NCBI GenBank assembly: GCA_016213755.1
Contig: JACQZT010000200.1
Coordinates: 2,710-66,709, forward strand
Reading direction: 5' to 3'
Source of the DNA: Acidobacteriota bacterium
Lineage (GTDB): Bacteria > Acidobacteriota > Terriglobia > Bryobacterales > Bryobacteraceae
DNA length: 64,000 nt
Part shown: one piece after another, positions 63,901 through 64,000 of the stretch
Position numbering within the stretch: position 1 is the first letter of the stretch
Layout of the letters: each line of letters starts with the position of its first letter
The notes under the pieces: generated by a model
The model's input: only the letters and a program-made list of their open reading frames with translations
Databases searched by the model: none
What the model was told of the DNA's origin: nothing
Translations under genes and position numbers: made by a program

Positions 63901-64000
63901 GTGTTGGCGGCGTTGTTGGTGCCCGTGCCGATGGTGGTGATCAGCACCCGCTCGTCGGCGCCCACCGCCACGCCTTCGGGCTTGGCCGGAAGGCTGATGG
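60960..64000 (-). CDS. Very large secreted beta-propeller-repeat protein with TIGR03437-type Soli_cterm C-terminal domain. The N-terminus lies beyond the right edge.
   Basis: The frame stays open upstream of the ORF-track start (GTG at 63971) to base 64000. Repeats of the type LYISNSGMNRIEVFD / LAPDGNTLYVGNTGGEYISVVD (YVTN/NHL-like). The C-terminus VVNLASFVPGLAPGGLASVFGRNLA...LPTVLGGVCVTL...QQINAQIP...LAIYATGLG...GLVPGSVGIYQINVYVP matches my recollection of Soli_cterm. Confidence 0.8.
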   Translation of the reverse strand, partial: ISLPAKPEGVAVGADERVLITTIGTGTNNAANTLLLWDPNATDSNALGNVVITPPTPMPPQLPPLSGRPFLAGRSQLIATRDGDRIIGLNAPNNNARAVFVYETASGTVTRSRTVTGLSTVLSISPEGSKFMAGLTLFETETLTVLAQQNAANAQFPLSTNTTAQGLNQVAAQFNAQQNQGGSVFAPDGSALFAAFNIAPVQNPPARANISQFYIDDPDNMFIRLALQLPENAAGKMVVTSDGATVFALSESGFMILPLGQLYQSPIAASDNRIQLLANDQCGVTAPIRSQKVTVRNEGRGRMTASAILLQAPVQNLAVPGLGGAGGPGGGAPGITIPIVLQPIVGALPAGQTQQQAQVTQTAPRVQSRPSPDGSEITFDYNPMAARALGTVTPHDFLVQSAEAVNVIPSVRVFQNNRDAEARADIVPLQVAISPNEGPVDLVPDNNRQRLYISNSGMNRIEVFDMRSKALLAPIKVGQLPRSIALAPDGNTLYVGNTGGEYISVVDLDRMAEIRKIRFPPIPFNSGLGVLNPSVVAATQRGVQIVMSNGTLWKTIGDVALPRAISPLVGSSTVPAPRTMVATPNGEYALLLDGNGYALLYDSLADEFVQRRQVITPPIQGYYGPVGAGPRGNYFLVNGLVLNQSLTPTANAGSTMVTIPGRGNQTPQQFNRPVSAVAAAGATLFARFVQPVVAAANVLVSEPPAVELVDVNSGQTMRSVSTIEGPLSVQVGTQRVNMVGRTLAVDPSGTVAYALTASGLSIIPLEAVTAAERPVVNRDGVVNLASFVPGLAPGGLASVFGRNLASAAAADSTPLPTVLGGVCVTLGSRPMPLTMTSPQQINAQIPPELAAGRFAMVVRSIDRKAAAQTTQVTLTKYAPAVFVDPETKQAAIYHEDGRLVGKSAPANRDQRLAIYATGLGATKGARIVSGTPTPAAPPAVTEPVLVFFGDPKVRESQMSVEWSGLVPGSVGIYQINVYVPWYRLKGEQPVTIRVGGVDSPSNTPVRPTVSLE

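Noticed and set aside
1-64000. Search for rRNA, tRNA, CRISPR arrays, transposases/integrases, phage genes and known defence-system enzymes
   Set aside because: I saw no tRNA-like cloverleaf or T-loop consensus in the intergenic regions. I found no regularly spaced direct repeats and no transposase, integrase, reverse-transcriptase or nuclease-like translations apart from the VapC PIN domain. The eye-scan is not exhaustive, so tRNAscan-SE, Infernal and a CRISPR finder should confirm this.

Overview
High-GC bacterial chromosomal segment, most likely Acidobacteriota of the Bryobacter / Candidatus Solibacter type. Several translated products carry signatures I associate with that group: an ADOP-type duplicated MacB-like permease, a TIGR03436-like VWFA protein, a TIGR03437 'Soli_cterm' C-terminal domain and a CarboxypepD_reg-type TonB receptor. 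I call about 46 protein genes. I saw no rRNA, tRNA, CRISPR array, transposase or integrase. Content is dominated by envelope and glycan functions: three GT4 glycosyltransferases (one fused to a GNAT), two GT-C-like membrane proteins, GalU, a DegT aminotransferase with a Gfo/Idh/MocA oxidoreductase, and an SGNH esterase. There are also secreted carbohydrate-scavenging enzymes (TonB receptor + sulfatase, GH172/DUF2961 + cupin, gluconolactonase-like), proteases (M28, M55, CPBP), an acyl-CoA dehydrogenase/ETF-QO pair and one VapBC module. Many long ORFs in the supplied track are antisense or out-of-frame shadows typical of high-GC DNA. The track also translates GTG/TTG starts as M, so several starts were revised. 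One real gene at the left edge (1..1826, minus) is missing from the track. The candidates I consider most worth follow-up are: (1) a tight operon of a sensor-less sigma-54 activator, a PilZ protein, a pump-less membrane-fusion protein and a VWFA protein; (2) an operon of TPR lipoprotein, CPBP protease, FAD oxidoreductase and GT-C that resembles PEP-CTERM/exosortase accessory genes, with no exosortase in the window; (3) a STAS anti-sigma-antagonist translationally coupled to two glycosyltransferases; (4) an orphan, visibly lower-GC 229-aa gene preceded by a terminator-like leader hairpin; (5) a small family of related long intergenic palindromes. All family names come from reading the translations and motifs. 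No database search was run, and hairpin coordinates may be off by 1-2 nt.
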